Below, in pieces: positions 6,854 to 15,234 of a DNA stretch of 17,382 bases. The position numbers were made by a program, and so were the translations under genes. Location of the stretch: the UHGV virus genome UHGV-0221571; one strand, written 5' to 3'. Below the pieces are notes generated by a model that saw only the letters and a list, made by a program, of their open reading frames with translations, made no database searches and was not told the origin of the DNA. The DNA comes from a virus. Position 1 is the stretch's first letter; every line of letters begins with the position of its first letter.

Positions 6854-7783
6854 ATGGCAAACACTGCTGAGATATTCAATTTTCCAGTGCCGGATGTGGC
6901 ACAAAAGGAGCGGCGCGTGGCAGATCTCGACGATGGTTATACGCGCATTGCAAATGAGTTGCTGGAAGCTGTGATGCTGGCCGGATTAACACAGCACCAG
7001 CTTCTGGTCTTCCTGGCTGTCATGCGCAAAACATATGGCTTTAATAAAAAACTGGATTGGGTGAGCAACGAGCAACTTTCCGAGTTGACCGGGATATTGC
7101 CGCACAAGTGTTCTGCTGCAAAAAGTGTTCTGGTAAAGCGTGGGATTTTTATTCAGAGCGGGCGGAATATCGGCATTAATAATGTGATCAGTGAATGGTC
7201 AACATTACCCGAATCAGGTAAGAAAAATAAAGTTTACCTGAAAGAGGTAAATTTACCTGAATCAGGTAAGAAAAGTTTACCCAAATCAGGTAAAGGCGTT
7301 TACCCGAATCAGGTAAACACAAAAGACAAACTAACAAAAGACAATATAAAACCTTTTTCGTCCGAGAATTCTGGCGAATCCTCTGACCAACCAGAAAACG
7401 ATCTTCCTGTGGAGAAACCAGATGCTGCAATTCAGAGCGGCAGCAGGTGGGGGACAGCAGAAGACCTGACCGCCGCAGAGTGGATGTTTGACATGGTGAA
7501 GACCATCGCGCCATCAGCCAGAAAACCGAATTTTGCAGGTTGGGCTAACGATATCCGCCTGATGCGTGAACGTGACGGACGTAACCACCGCGACATGTGC
7601 GTGCTGTTCCGCTGGGCATGCCAGGACAACTTCTGGTCCGGTAACGTGCTAAGTCCGGCCAAACTCCGCGACAAGTGGACCCAACTCGAAATCAACCGTA
7701 ACAAGCAACAGGCTGGTGTGACTGCCAGCAAACCAAAACTCGACCTGACAAACACTGACTGGATTTACGGGGTGGAGCTATGA
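6854..7783 (+). CDS. O: Replication initiator O
   Basis: From ATG 6854 (GGGAGGA upstream) the product MANTAEIFNFPVPDVAQKERRVADLDDGYTRIANELLEA... parallels the lambda O N-terminus. Iterons lie inside the gene. The track ORF begins earlier at 6764 (ATGA overlap with the upstream stop); the start is ambiguous. Confidence 0.85.
   Translation: MANTAEIFNFPVPDVAQKERRVADLDDGYTRIANELLEAVMLAGLTQHQLLVFLAVMRKTYGFNKKLDWVSNEQLSELTGILPHKCSAAKSVLVKRGIFIQSGRNIGINNVISEWSTLPESGKKNKVYLKEVNLPESGKKSLPKSGKGVYPNQVNTKDKLTKDNIKPFSSENSGESSDQPENDLPVEKPDAAIQSGSRWGTAEDLTAAEWMFDMVKTIAPSARKPNFAGWANDIRLMRERDGRNHRDMCVLFRWACQDNFWSGNVLSPAKLRDKWTQLEINRNKQQAGVTASKPKLDLTNTDWIYGVEL
7209..7320 (+). repeat. Origin iterons inside O (ori-lambda-like)
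   Basis: Four to five direct repeats of roughly TTTACCyrAATCAGGTAAg with ~23-bp period (starts near 7210, 7234 degenerate, 7256, 7280, 7303), followed by an A-rich tract at 7321-7360. Confidence 0.7.
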
Positions 7784-8466
7784 AAAATATTGCCGCGCAG
7801 ATGATTAACTTTGACCGTGAGCAGATGCGTCGAATCGCCAACAACATGCCGGAACAATACGACGAAAAGCCGCAGGTGCAGCAGGTGGCGCAGATCATCA
7901 ACGGTGTGTTCAGCCAGCTGCTTGCGACATTTCCGGCAAGCCTCGCGAACCGCGACCAGAACGAGCTGAACGAAATCCGCCGTCAGTGGGTTATGGCTTT
8001 CCGTGAAAATGGAATTACCACTATGGAGCAGGTTAACGCCGGAATGCGCGTGGCCCGCCGACAGGAGCGACCATTCCTGCCGTCGCCCGGCCAGTTCGTA
8101 GCGTGGTGTAAGCAGAGTGGCGGGGCGTTAGGTATCACTGTTGACCAAGTCATAACCGAATACTGGGATTGGCGTAATCGTTCCTTCGAATTCACTTCCA
8201 GCGAGCATTTCCCGTGGTCACAGCCTGTCATGTACCACATCTGCGTCGAACTGCGCCACCGTAGCATTGAGCGCCAGTTAACGCATGGCGAGCTGGCATG
8301 CGAGGCTGGTGACCTGCTGGACATGTGGGAGAAGCGCGTCAGTGAGGGCAAACCAATCCCTCCGGTCAGAAAACAAATCTCGGCTCCGCGCCACGTGCCC
8401 GGGCCGACTCCCGCTCAGCTTTTGCTTGAGCAATACAAAGCGCGTAAAGCAGTCGGATTTATTTAA
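7780..8466 (+). CDS. P: Replication protein P (DnaB helicase loader), lambda-like N-terminal half with a divergent C-terminal half
   Basis: MKNIAAQMINFDREQMRRIANNMPEQYDEKPQVQQVAQIINGVFSQLLATFPASLANRDQNE... closely matches the lambda P N-terminus. ATGA overlap with the O stop. Confidence 0.9.
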   Translation: MKNIAAQMINFDREQMRRIANNMPEQYDEKPQVQQVAQIINGVFSQLLATFPASLANRDQNELNEIRRQWVMAFRENGITTMEQVNAGMRVARRQERPFLPSPGQFVAWCKQSGGALGITVDQVITEYWDWRNRSFEFTSSEHFPWSQPVMYHICVELRHRSIERQLTHGELACEAGDLLDMWEKRVSEGKPIPPVRKQISAPRHVPGPTPAQLLLEQYKARKAVGFI

Positions 8467-8468
8467 CC

Positions 8469-9053
8469 ATGAACAAGAAATACACGTTGATCTAAGCGGA
8501 TCCGCCCTGGACGTACGAGGATAAATGCAATTCTGGTAAGCGTGGCACCGGGCATAAATACTTGGTTATGACGGTGCAGGATATCTGCTGGCTGCCAGTA
8601 AGGGAGCGGGTTGCAGAAAGCTGCCAGCTGGCGATGTGGTGGTTGCCAACTCAAACGTTCGAGGCGATGAAAGTCGTCGATGCCTGGGGATTTCGCCTGA
8701 TCACAATGAAAGGTTTCACTTGGGATAAAACCTACCCGAAGCAAACTGACAAATCGGCGATGGGAATGGGACACCTGATCCGGGCGAACCGTGAAGATTG
8801 TCTTTTCGCGGTAAAGGGTAAGCGGGCACCACAGCAGGACGCCTCGATCATCCAGCACTACACCTCGCCGCGACATGAGCACTCACGTAAACCAGACTGC
8901 GTGCGTGAAATGCTGGTTCGGTTGCTGGGTAATCTTCCACGTATTGAGCTCTTTGCGCGTAAATCCTCCCACGGTTTCGACGTATGGGGAAACAAGTGTG
9001 ATTCGCCAACCGTATCATTAAGCCCGGCCCGAGTTACTGATGTTTATTCTTAA
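8469..9053 (+). pseudogene. MT-A70-type DNA N6-adenine methyltransferase interrupted by an in-frame stop at codon 9
   Basis: ATG 8469 gives MNKKYTLI, then TAA (8493-8495), then in frame ADPPWTYEDKCNSGKRGTGHKYLVMTVQDICWLPV...EHSRKPD...ELFARKSSHGFDVWGNK. The stop sits where this family has a conserved Tyr (IYADPPW). The track ORF (8562 onward) starts with TTG and lacks the DPPW motif. Confidence 0.6.
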
Positions 9054-9264
9054 AAGAATTAACTGAAAAGAGGAAGGTTTGATGAGTTTTTTTACGTGAA
9101 TTAACACGTAAGACTGCTGGTTATTAAACCATCACATTAGATATCTAAAAATTGTGATCGGTATCTCCCTACTATAAAAAAAAGTAGTTGAATATACGGT
9201 CTATACTTGAAATAAATAAAAGTATTCTTATTTTTTAGATTCTGTGTTGTGAAAAGGAATTTTT

Positions 9265-10296
9265 ATGTCCTCGAATATTTTATCTGGTGAAAAAGTAATC
9301 AATAAAATTGCTGAAAAGTTGAGCGATTATAAATATCCTCCGGCTGAAGGTATGAACTCTGAACATGTCAGCAAATGGATTAAGCAATTTGCAGTGGAGG
9401 ATAGACGATTTATCTTAGATGAAACGCTTTATCTACTTAATGCAGGTTACCTATCCGAAAGTCAATATCAACGAAAAATAAAAGCCATTGCAAGAAGTGA
9501 AAAGAACGCGAAATTCTTCAGATATGCAGGTTTTTTAGATATTCAAAAAAAAGGTTCTAGTCAGAAGGAATTGCTTAAATCTCTTTATGAAACAGTAGGG
9601 ATCAAATTTAACATCGTTACTGAATCATCAACTCAAGATGAAGTAAATAAATTTGATACATTTGTATATATTGATGATGTGTCGTTTTCAGGAGAAAAGG
9701 CCATCAAATCGATAAGTAATTTTGTTTTAAAATTTAATTTAAGAGATATTAAATTCAATGTATATTTTTTTTCATCTCATACGTTATCTGACTATAATAT
9801 AAAAAGACGATTAGAATATATTTTTAAGGATAGAAACATTTTTGTACACGTGAAGAATGGTGGTATGCGTGAGGTTGAAAACCGAAAAAGTCGTTCTGCT
9901 CAATCAGGTGTTTTCTGGCCAAGGAAATATAGTGTAGATACTCCCGAGAAATTCGAGGAGTGTGAGCTTTACAAAGGCGTATTCAGAGATGGATATGCCT
10001 CTTCTGATAGTTTTAGAAATGAAGCCTCAAGGGATCGTTTCGAATCTATCCTTACTAAAGTCGGCTTTAATATCTTGCTGCACAGGAAAACCCCTAGTGA
10101 GGTGCTCAAACCTCTAGGTTTTTCTACTTTTGACGGTTTGGGTTTTGGGGGAACAACATTTACTTATCGAAATTGCCCGAATAATGTGCCGCTGGCTTTT
10201 TGGTGGGGAGATTATGAACCAACAGGTGCTCCCGCATTGGACTGCTGGTATCCACTAATGAAGCGGAATGGGTATAATGAGTGGTATGAGCTATAG
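9265..10296 (+). CDS. Hypothetical 343-aa protein, AT-rich cargo gene; possible PRTase-type nucleotide-binding motif
   Basis: ATG 9265 with AAGGAA upstream in an AT-rich intergenic region. The stretch TFVYIDDVSFSGEK (res 132-145) resembles the PRPP-binding signature of type I phosphoribosyltransferases. No other family recognised. Translationally coupled to the NADAR gene. Confidence 0.6.
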   Translation: MSSNILSGEKVINKIAEKLSDYKYPPAEGMNSEHVSKWIKQFAVEDRRFILDETLYLLNAGYLSESQYQRKIKAIARSEKNAKFFRYAGFLDIQKKGSSQKELLKSLYETVGIKFNIVTESSTQDEVNKFDTFVYIDDVSFSGEKAIKSISNFVLKFNLRDIKFNVYFFSSHTLSDYNIKRRLEYIFKDRNIFVHVKNGGMREVENRKSRSAQSGVFWPRKYSVDTPEKFEECELYKGVFRDGYASSDSFRNEASRDRFESILTKVGFNILLHRKTPSEVLKPLGFSTFDGLGFGGTTFTYRNCPNNVPLAFWWGDYEPTGAPALDCWYPLMKRNGYNEWYEL

Positions 10297-10897
10297 ATTA
10301 TATCCGCTACAGAACACAGTTTCCTTCAGGAAAACCACCGAAAAATGGGGGGGGCTTTCCAACATGGCTAAAGGATATCCATTGTTAATCAATGGGTTGC
10401 CTATTCAATCAAGTGAAATCCTTTACCAAGCATGCCGATATCCAGACTATCCGGATATACAAAAGGCCATCATTACTCAAGGAAACCCCTATGAAGCCAA
10501 GCAGACCGCAAGATCGTTTGAATCCAAAACTCGCGCAGGATGGGATAAGAATCGAGTTTCGATTATGAAGTGGTGTGTATGCGTAAAATTATGCCAGAAC
10601 TGGGATACGTTCTTTGCGCTGTTAGACAGTACAGGCGACCATTTCATCGTGGAACACTCAGAGAAGGACCAATTCTGGGGTGCCAGTAAAGACCCAGAAG
10701 GTAACTATTATGGTATGAACGTATTAGGGCGAATTCTCATGGACGTGAGAGGGGTTGCTAGGAAAAAGGGGGCTGATGGGTTTGCAACAATACCATCGCT
10801 ATCTTTGGACAAATTTTTTCTCCTAGGCGAAAGAATTAAAGATGTAACATTTGTAGAGCCAACGCCTGGAGCAGGGCAAAGTTTATCCTTGTTTTAG
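10268..10897 (+). CDS. NADAR-domain (YbiA-like) protein
   Basis: Matches to the NADAR/YbiA blocks: GGLSNMA, INGLPIQSSEILYQACRY, AGWDKNRVSIMKWCVCVKLCQNWDTFFALLDSTGDHFIVEHSEKDQFWGA...GNYYGMNVLGRILMDVR. Start uncertain (ATG 10268, 10277 or 10286); all overlap the upstream gene. Confidence 0.8.
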   Translation: MGIMSGMSYRLYPLQNTVSFRKTTEKWGGLSNMAKGYPLLINGLPIQSSEILYQACRYPDYPDIQKAIITQGNPYEAKQTARSFESKTRAGWDKNRVSIMKWCVCVKLCQNWDTFFALLDSTGDHFIVEHSEKDQFWGASKDPEGNYYGMNVLGRILMDVRGVARKKGADGFATIPSLSLDKFFLLGERIKDVTFVEPTPGAGQSLSLF

Positions 10898-11157
10898 CGT
10901 TCCATCTGGGGCATTTTCTTCCATAAATTAACTGGCGTACCTCCCTCGGCGTTTTTTTGTTGCCATAAAAGGTTTTTGATTTTCTATAATCAACCAGCCA
11001 TAATCATGTCACCGGAGCCTGAACAACTCCGGTGACTTCTGCGCTAAACGGGGACGTTTATGCGCACATACAATCTAAACTCTCTTCTCCCGCCACAGAT
11101 GCAGAAATGCACCTGCGATTTTTTGCATCCAGCGTTTGACCTCTGCGGAGGTGAAGC

Positions 11158-11613
11158 GTGAACCTCCCACAAGACGGCATCAAACTTCATCGCGGTAACT
11201 TCACCGCTATCGGTCAGCAGCTCCAGCCTTATCTGGAGGACGGCAAGTGCTTCCGCATGGTACTGAAGCCATGGCGCGATAAGCGCAGCCTGTCTCAAAA
11301 TAGCTTAAGCCACATGTGGTACACCGAAATCAGCGAATACCTCATCAGCCGGGGTAAGACTTTCGCTACGCCAGAGTGGGTGAAGGATGCTCTGAAACAC
11401 ACTTATCTCGGTTATGAAACCAAAGAACTGGTTGATGTCGTAACCGGTGATATCACCACTATCCAGTCGTTACGCCATACCTCCGATCTTGATACCGGAG
11501 AGATGTATGTCTTCCTGTGTAAGGTTGAAGCCTGGGCGATGAATATTGGTTGCCACCTGACTATTCCGCAGCGCTGCGAGTTCCAGCTGCTGCGCGACAA
11601 GCAGGAGGCGTAA
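11158..11613 (+). CDS. ninB: NinB-family protein (YbcN-like)
   Basis: GTG start with GGAGG 7 nt upstream. The product [39 protein letters not shown]... matches DLP12 YbcN as I recall it. Sits at the head of the nin cluster. Confidence 0.75.
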   Translation: MNLPQDGIKLHRGNFTAIGQQLQPYLEDGKCFRMVLKPWRDKRSLSQNSLSHMWYTEISEYLISRGKTFATPEWVKDALKHTYLGYETKELVDVVTGDITTIQSLRHTSDLDTGEMYVFLCKVEAWAMNIGCHLTIPQRCEFQLLRDKQEA

Positions 11614-11783
11614 TGGCTACACCGCTTATTCGTGTCATGAACGGACACATCTACAAAGTACCAAATCGTCGTAAGCGTAAACCTGAGCTGAAGCCATCCG
11701 AAATACCAACTCTGCTCGGATATACCGCCAGCCTGGTTGATAAAAAATGGTTGCGACTGGCAGCAAGGAGGAATCATGGCTGA
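11613..11783 (+). CDS. ninE: NinE-family small protein
   Basis: ATG overlaps the ninB stop (TAATG). [56 protein letters not shown]. Confidence 0.8.
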   Translation: MATPLIRVMNGHIYKVPNRRKRKPELKPSEIPTLLGYTASLVDKKWLRLAARRNHG

Positions 11784-12066
11784 TTTGAGAAAAGCAGCGC
11801 GTGGTCGGGAATGCCAGGTAAGAATCCCTGGCGTCTGTAATGGCAATTCTGAAACGTCTGTACTGGCACATATCCGGCTGGCTGGATTGTGCGGTACCGG
11901 TATCAAACCGCCAGACCTGATTGCCACCATTGCATGTTCTGCCTGCCACGACGAAATCGACCGCCGCACACATTTTGTCGATGCTGCATATGCAAAAGAA
12001 TGCGCGCTGGAAGGTATGGCGAGAACACAGGTTATCTGGCTGAAAGAGGGGGTTATTAAGGCGTGA
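11776..12066 (+). CDS. ybcO: YbcO-like putative nuclease
   Basis: From the internal ATG ([42 protein letters not shown]...), Cys-rich. Overlaps ninE by 8 nt and rusA by 4 nt. Confidence 0.75.
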   Translation: MADLRKAARGRECQVRIPGVCNGNSETSVLAHIRLAGLCGTGIKPPDLIATIACSACHDEIDRRTHFVDAAYAKECALEGMARTQVIWLKEGVIKA

Positions 12067-12425
12067 ATACCTACAGCATCACATTACCCTGGCCTCCGAG
12101 CAATAATCGCTATTACCGCCATAATCGCGGGCGCACGCACATCAGCGCAGAAGGGCAGGCATACCGCGATAACGTCACCCGAATCATTAAAAACGCAATG
12201 CTGGATATCGGCCTGGCTATGCCAGTGAAAATCCGCATTGAGTGCCACATGCCGGATCGCCGTCGCCGTGACCTGGATAATCTGCAAAAAGCCGCTTTTG
12301 ACGCACTCACCAAAGCAGGTTTCTGGCTGGATGATGCTCAGGTCGTTGATTACCGCGTTGTGAAGATGCCGGTTGTCAAAGGTGGAAAGCTGGAACTGAC
12401 CATCACTGAACTGGGAGATGAATGA
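12063..12425 (+). CDS. rusA: Holliday-junction resolvase RusA
   Basis: [100 protein letters not shown]... matches RusA. Confidence 0.9.
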   Translation: MNTYSITLPWPPSNNRYYRHNRGRTHISAEGQAYRDNVTRIIKNAMLDIGLAMPVKIRIECHMPDRRRRDLDNLQKAAFDALTKAGFWLDDAQVVDYRVVKMPVVKGGKLELTITELGDE

Positions 12426-12562
12426 TGTTTGAGTTTTATATGGCAGAACTTCTTCGCCACCGCTGGATGCGCCTGCGCTTATATCGTTTCCCCAGTTCTG
12501 TTTTGACCGATTACCGAATACTGAGGAATTACGCCAAAACCCTGACAGGAGCAGGAGTATGA
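12422..12562 (+). CDS. ylcG: YlcG-like small protein (46 aa)
   Basis: ATG overlapping the rusA stop; [46 protein letters not shown]. Below the ORF-track length cut-off. Confidence 0.6.
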   Translation: MMFEFYMAELLRHRWMRLRLYRFPSSVLTDYRILRNYAKTLTGAGV

Positions 12563-12647
12563 AGTCAGAGATAACAATCAACTAATACTGTTTTATTGAT
12601 TTTTGCTTGTAATTGGCGTTCTGGTCTGATTTTTGTGGAGTAAGTTG

Positions 12648-13031
12648 ATGCGTGATATTCAGATGGTTCTTGAGCGTTGGGGAGCGTGGGCGGCTAATAA
12701 TCATGAAGATGTGACCTGGTCGTCCATTGCCGCCGGTTTTAAGGGATTAATTACTTCAAAAGTAAAATCTCGCCCGCAATGTTGTGACGATGACGCGATG
12801 ATTATTTGCGGGTGCATGGCCCGTCTGAAAAAGAACAACAGCGATTTGCACGATTTATTAGTAGATTATTATGTAGTCGGTATGACATTCATGTCACTGG
12901 CAGGTAAGCATTGCTGCTCTGATGGTTATATCGGGAAAAGGTTACAGAAGGCTGAGGGTATAATTGAAGGGATGTTAATGGCATTAGATATCCGGTTAGA
13001 GATGGATATCGTTGTTAATAACTCTAATTAA
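12648..13031 (+). CDS. quuD: Late-gene antiterminator Q (82/DLP12 QuuD type)
   Basis: ATG 12648 with GGAG 7 nt upstream. [62 protein letters not shown]..., Cys-rich as in Q proteins. Position after rusA/ylcG. Confidence 0.8.
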   Translation: MRDIQMVLERWGAWAANNHEDVTWSSIAAGFKGLITSKVKSRPQCCDDDAMIICGCMARLKKNNSDLHDLLVDYYVVGMTFMSLAGKHCCSDGYIGKRLQKAEGIIEGMLMALDIRLEMDIVVNNSN

Positions 13032-13064
13032 TACGCCAATTATTTACTAAAAGTTATTAAAAAT

Positions 13065-13082
13065 GGGGCGTTGAAACGCCCC
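13065..13082 (-). terminator. Intrinsic terminator for the convergent porin transcript
   Basis: Hairpin GGGGCG-ttgaaa-CGCCCC, followed on the minus strand by AUUUUUAAUAACUUUU. Confidence 0.5.
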
Positions 13083-13170
13083 CAAAAATAAAGGGTAATA
13101 TATAACAGAAGGTTTGTATAGTTAGAAGCAAGGTTGTGCTTCTAAAGGAAGTGGCTTGAGGGAGCCACTT

Positions 13171-13210
13171 ATATGTTGGGGAGGCAAAGCCTCCCACAAC
13201 ATATCTTTTA
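13171..13210 (+). terminator. Long hairpin with 3' U-run, candidate terminator for rightward transcription out of Q
   Basis: atatgttgGGGAGGC-aaa-GCCTCCCacaacatat (about 15-bp stem with one bulge), followed by CTTTTAG. Confidence 0.4.
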
Positions 13211-13219
13211 GTAATCAAA

Positions 13220-14302
13220 TTAGAACTGGTAAACCATACCTACAGCAACGATATCATCGGTAGCAACGCCAGATGCTTTCGTGAAATCGCTCTTATCAAT
13301 CAGGTTGATTTTGTAGTCAACAAAAGTGGACATATTTTTGTTGAAGTAATAGGTTGCACCTACATCAACATATTCAACCAGGTCCTGATCACCCCAAACA
13401 CCCAAGTCTTTTCCTTTAGAATGCAGGTAAGCAACGGATGGACGCAGGCCGAAGTCGAACTGATATTGTGCAACAGCTTCGAAGTTTTGTGCTTTGTTGG
13501 CAATATGGTTATTACCAAAAACAGTCATGTTCTGGGTTTCAGAATAGGTGGTGGCCAGATAGATGTTGTTCGCATCATATTTCAGACCAGCTGCCCATAC
13601 TTCAGCATTTTGACCAGAAGCATTCAGACCGTTGTTACCGTAGATAACCTGATTATTAGTGCGATCAGATTTAGCATAGGTTGCACCCACGCCGAATCCT
13701 TCATACTCATAAGTAGTTGAGAAACCGAAACCATCGCCATTAGCTTCAGTTACTTCATTTCGGTCATTTTTGCCCTGATACTGAGCTGCAAAGTTCAGGC
13801 CATCAACCAGACCAAAGAAGTCGTTGTTACGATAAGTTGCAACACCTGTGGTGCGACCAGTCATGAATACATCTGTTTGGGTCCAGGTATCGCCACCGAA
13901 TTCTGGCAGAACGTCAGTCCACGCACCGATGTCGTATGCTACACCGTAGTTACGGCCGTAATCGATTGAGCCGTAGTCACCGAATTTCAGGCCTGCAAAT
14001 GCAAGACGGGTTTTGTCTTTGGAGGAACCTTGAGATTCAGCGCGGTTGCCTTTGAATTCATATTCCCACTGACCGAAACCAGTCAGTTGATCGTTGATTT
14101 GGGTTTCACCTTTGAAGCCAAGACGGGCATAAGTAGTATCACCATCATCTGCATCATTAGAGGAGAAGTAGTGCTTAGCATTAACTTTCCCGTACAGATC
14201 CAGCTTGTTACTGTCTTTATTATAAATTTCAGCTGCCTGAGCAGACATCGCCATCAGTACTGATGCAGCTACAGCAGAAATTGCCACTGTTAATTTTTTC
14301 AT
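13220..14302 (-). CDS. nmpC: Outer-membrane general porin (OmpC/OmpF/PhoE family), prophage NmpC/Lc-type
   Basis: 360-aa product with signal peptide [23 protein letters not shown]|AEIYNK and C-terminal ...VAVGMVYQF ending in Phe. Typical porin sequence throughout. Sits between Q and the lysis genes as in DLP12. Confidence 0.9.
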   Translation of the reverse strand: MKKLTVAISAVAASVLMAMSAQAAEIYNKDSNKLDLYGKVNAKHYFSSNDADDGDTTYARLGFKGETQINDQLTGFGQWEYEFKGNRAESQGSSKDKTRLAFAGLKFGDYGSIDYGRNYGVAYDIGAWTDVLPEFGGDTWTQTDVFMTGRTTGVATYRNNDFFGLVDGLNFAAQYQGKNDRNEVTEANGDGFGFSTTYEYEGFGVGATYAKSDRTNNQVIYGNNGLNASGQNAEVWAAGLKYDANNIYLATTYSETQNMTVFGNNHIANKAQNFEAVAQYQFDFGLRPSVAYLHSKGKDLGVWGDQDLVEYVDVGATYYFNKNMSTFVDYKINLIDKSDFTKASGVATDDIVAVGMVYQF

Positions 14303-14732
14303 CGTGAGCCCTTTTTTTTGAACTATTATTAAAAAATGATGTCACTGCGCGATAAATATTCATCTAATCAATGTGATTATTTCAAGATGTAAGTTTTGGT
14401 TTCTCGTTTAATTTGTGAAGTAGATCTCTATTTTTATCTGAACTTTTTTCTATCGAATCCTATTCATGGCTCTTGGCTGAATAAAAATAAATCTATTAGC
14501 CAATTTATATTAATGGCTGTTATTTATAAGTGCTCTATAATTTGAAGGTTCAATTTAAATTGGCTAAAAATAACGCTGGAAATTATTTGTTGGTTATTTG
14601 TTGAGATTTGCTTATGTATTTGTAGTGGTGTTTTCAATACTCGGTAGCATTCTCGCAAATATCATTTAGTGGTTTACGTACGTAAAAAATTGGTTATGCT
14701 GTTAAGAGTGGTTACTTCGTCACACAGCTTAA

Positions 14733-14760
14733 ACCCGCCGTCGAGCGGGTTTTGTCGTTT
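14733..14760 (+). terminator. tR'-like intrinsic terminator upstream of the lysis cassette
   Basis: Stem ACCCGC (14733-14738) / GCGGGT (14745-14750), followed by TTTGTCGTTT. A weak promoter-like TTTACG-16-TATGCT lies at 14673-14700. Confidence 0.4.
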
Positions 14761-14904
14761 CTGGGCCTGGGGATTCGTTGGGCCTAGTCTATCCCGCAGT
14801 TATCCATTGGCTCGGCTTCTTTGACGTTTCCGCTTCTGATTTGCGGTACATGATGTTTCCTCAATTTGCACCTGCTGTATCAGCGAGGTGAGAGATAACT
14901 ACAA

Positions 14905-15231
14905 ATGCCTCATAACCCAAATACTTGGCTGGAGTTGGTCCAGAGCTGGTGGCGTGGAGACACACCGCTGGGCGCAGTGATTATGTCGATCGTTATGGCT
15001 GGCTTGCGCATTGCCTATTTTGGCGGTGGTGGTGGCTGGAAGAGAAAAACGCTCGAGATTTTGCTCTGTGGCGCTCTGACGCTGACCTTTGCATCCGCGC
15101 TTGAGTATGTCGGATGGCCTAAATCACTTTCTGTTGCCATTGGTGGCGGCGTTGGGCTGATCGGCGTCGATGCTATTCGTGGTGCTGCAATGAGAGTAAT
15201 CGGCAACAAATTTGGTAGCTCGAAGGAGTAA
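14905..15231 (+). CDS. Holin, lambda S-like
   Basis: 108-aa product with a hydrophobic segment pattern and Gly-rich loops paralleling lambda S (…AVIMSIVMAGLRIAYFGGGGG… / …SVAIGGGVGLIGVDAIRGAAMR…). GGTGAGAG upstream. Immediately precedes the endolysin. Confidence 0.8.
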   Translation: MPHNPNTWLELVQSWWRGDTPLGAVIMSIVMAGLRIAYFGGGGGWKRKTLEILLCGALTLTFASALEYVGWPKSLSVAIGGGVGLIGVDAIRGAAMRVIGNKFGSSKE

Positions 15232-15234
15232 TTT

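Noticed and set aside
6540-8882. Minus-strand ORFs 6540-6836, 6560-6751, 7188-7514, 7432-7755, 7692-7901, 7983-8351, 8463-8882 and plus-strand 8285-8524
   Set aside because: Antisense or out-of-frame within the YdaT-like, O, P and methyltransferase genes. No supporting signals.
9149-9165. lac-operator-like 13-mer AATTGTGATCGGT
   Set aside because: Only a partial half-site match in AT-rich DNA, with no symmetric partner. Consistent with chance. Noted only because of the vector-like elements elsewhere.
11044-12581. Minus-strand ORFs 11044-11298, 11412-11969, 11635-11973, 12084-12581, 12113-12313 and plus-strand 11550-11612 extension of ninE
   Set aside because: Antisense to the tightly packed, overlap-coupled nin genes whose products are recognisable. 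The ninE extension lies inside ninB.
13421-14263. Plus-strand ORFs inside the porin gene (13421-13720, 13438-13647, 14030-14263)
   Set aside because: Antisense to a complete, recognisable porin.
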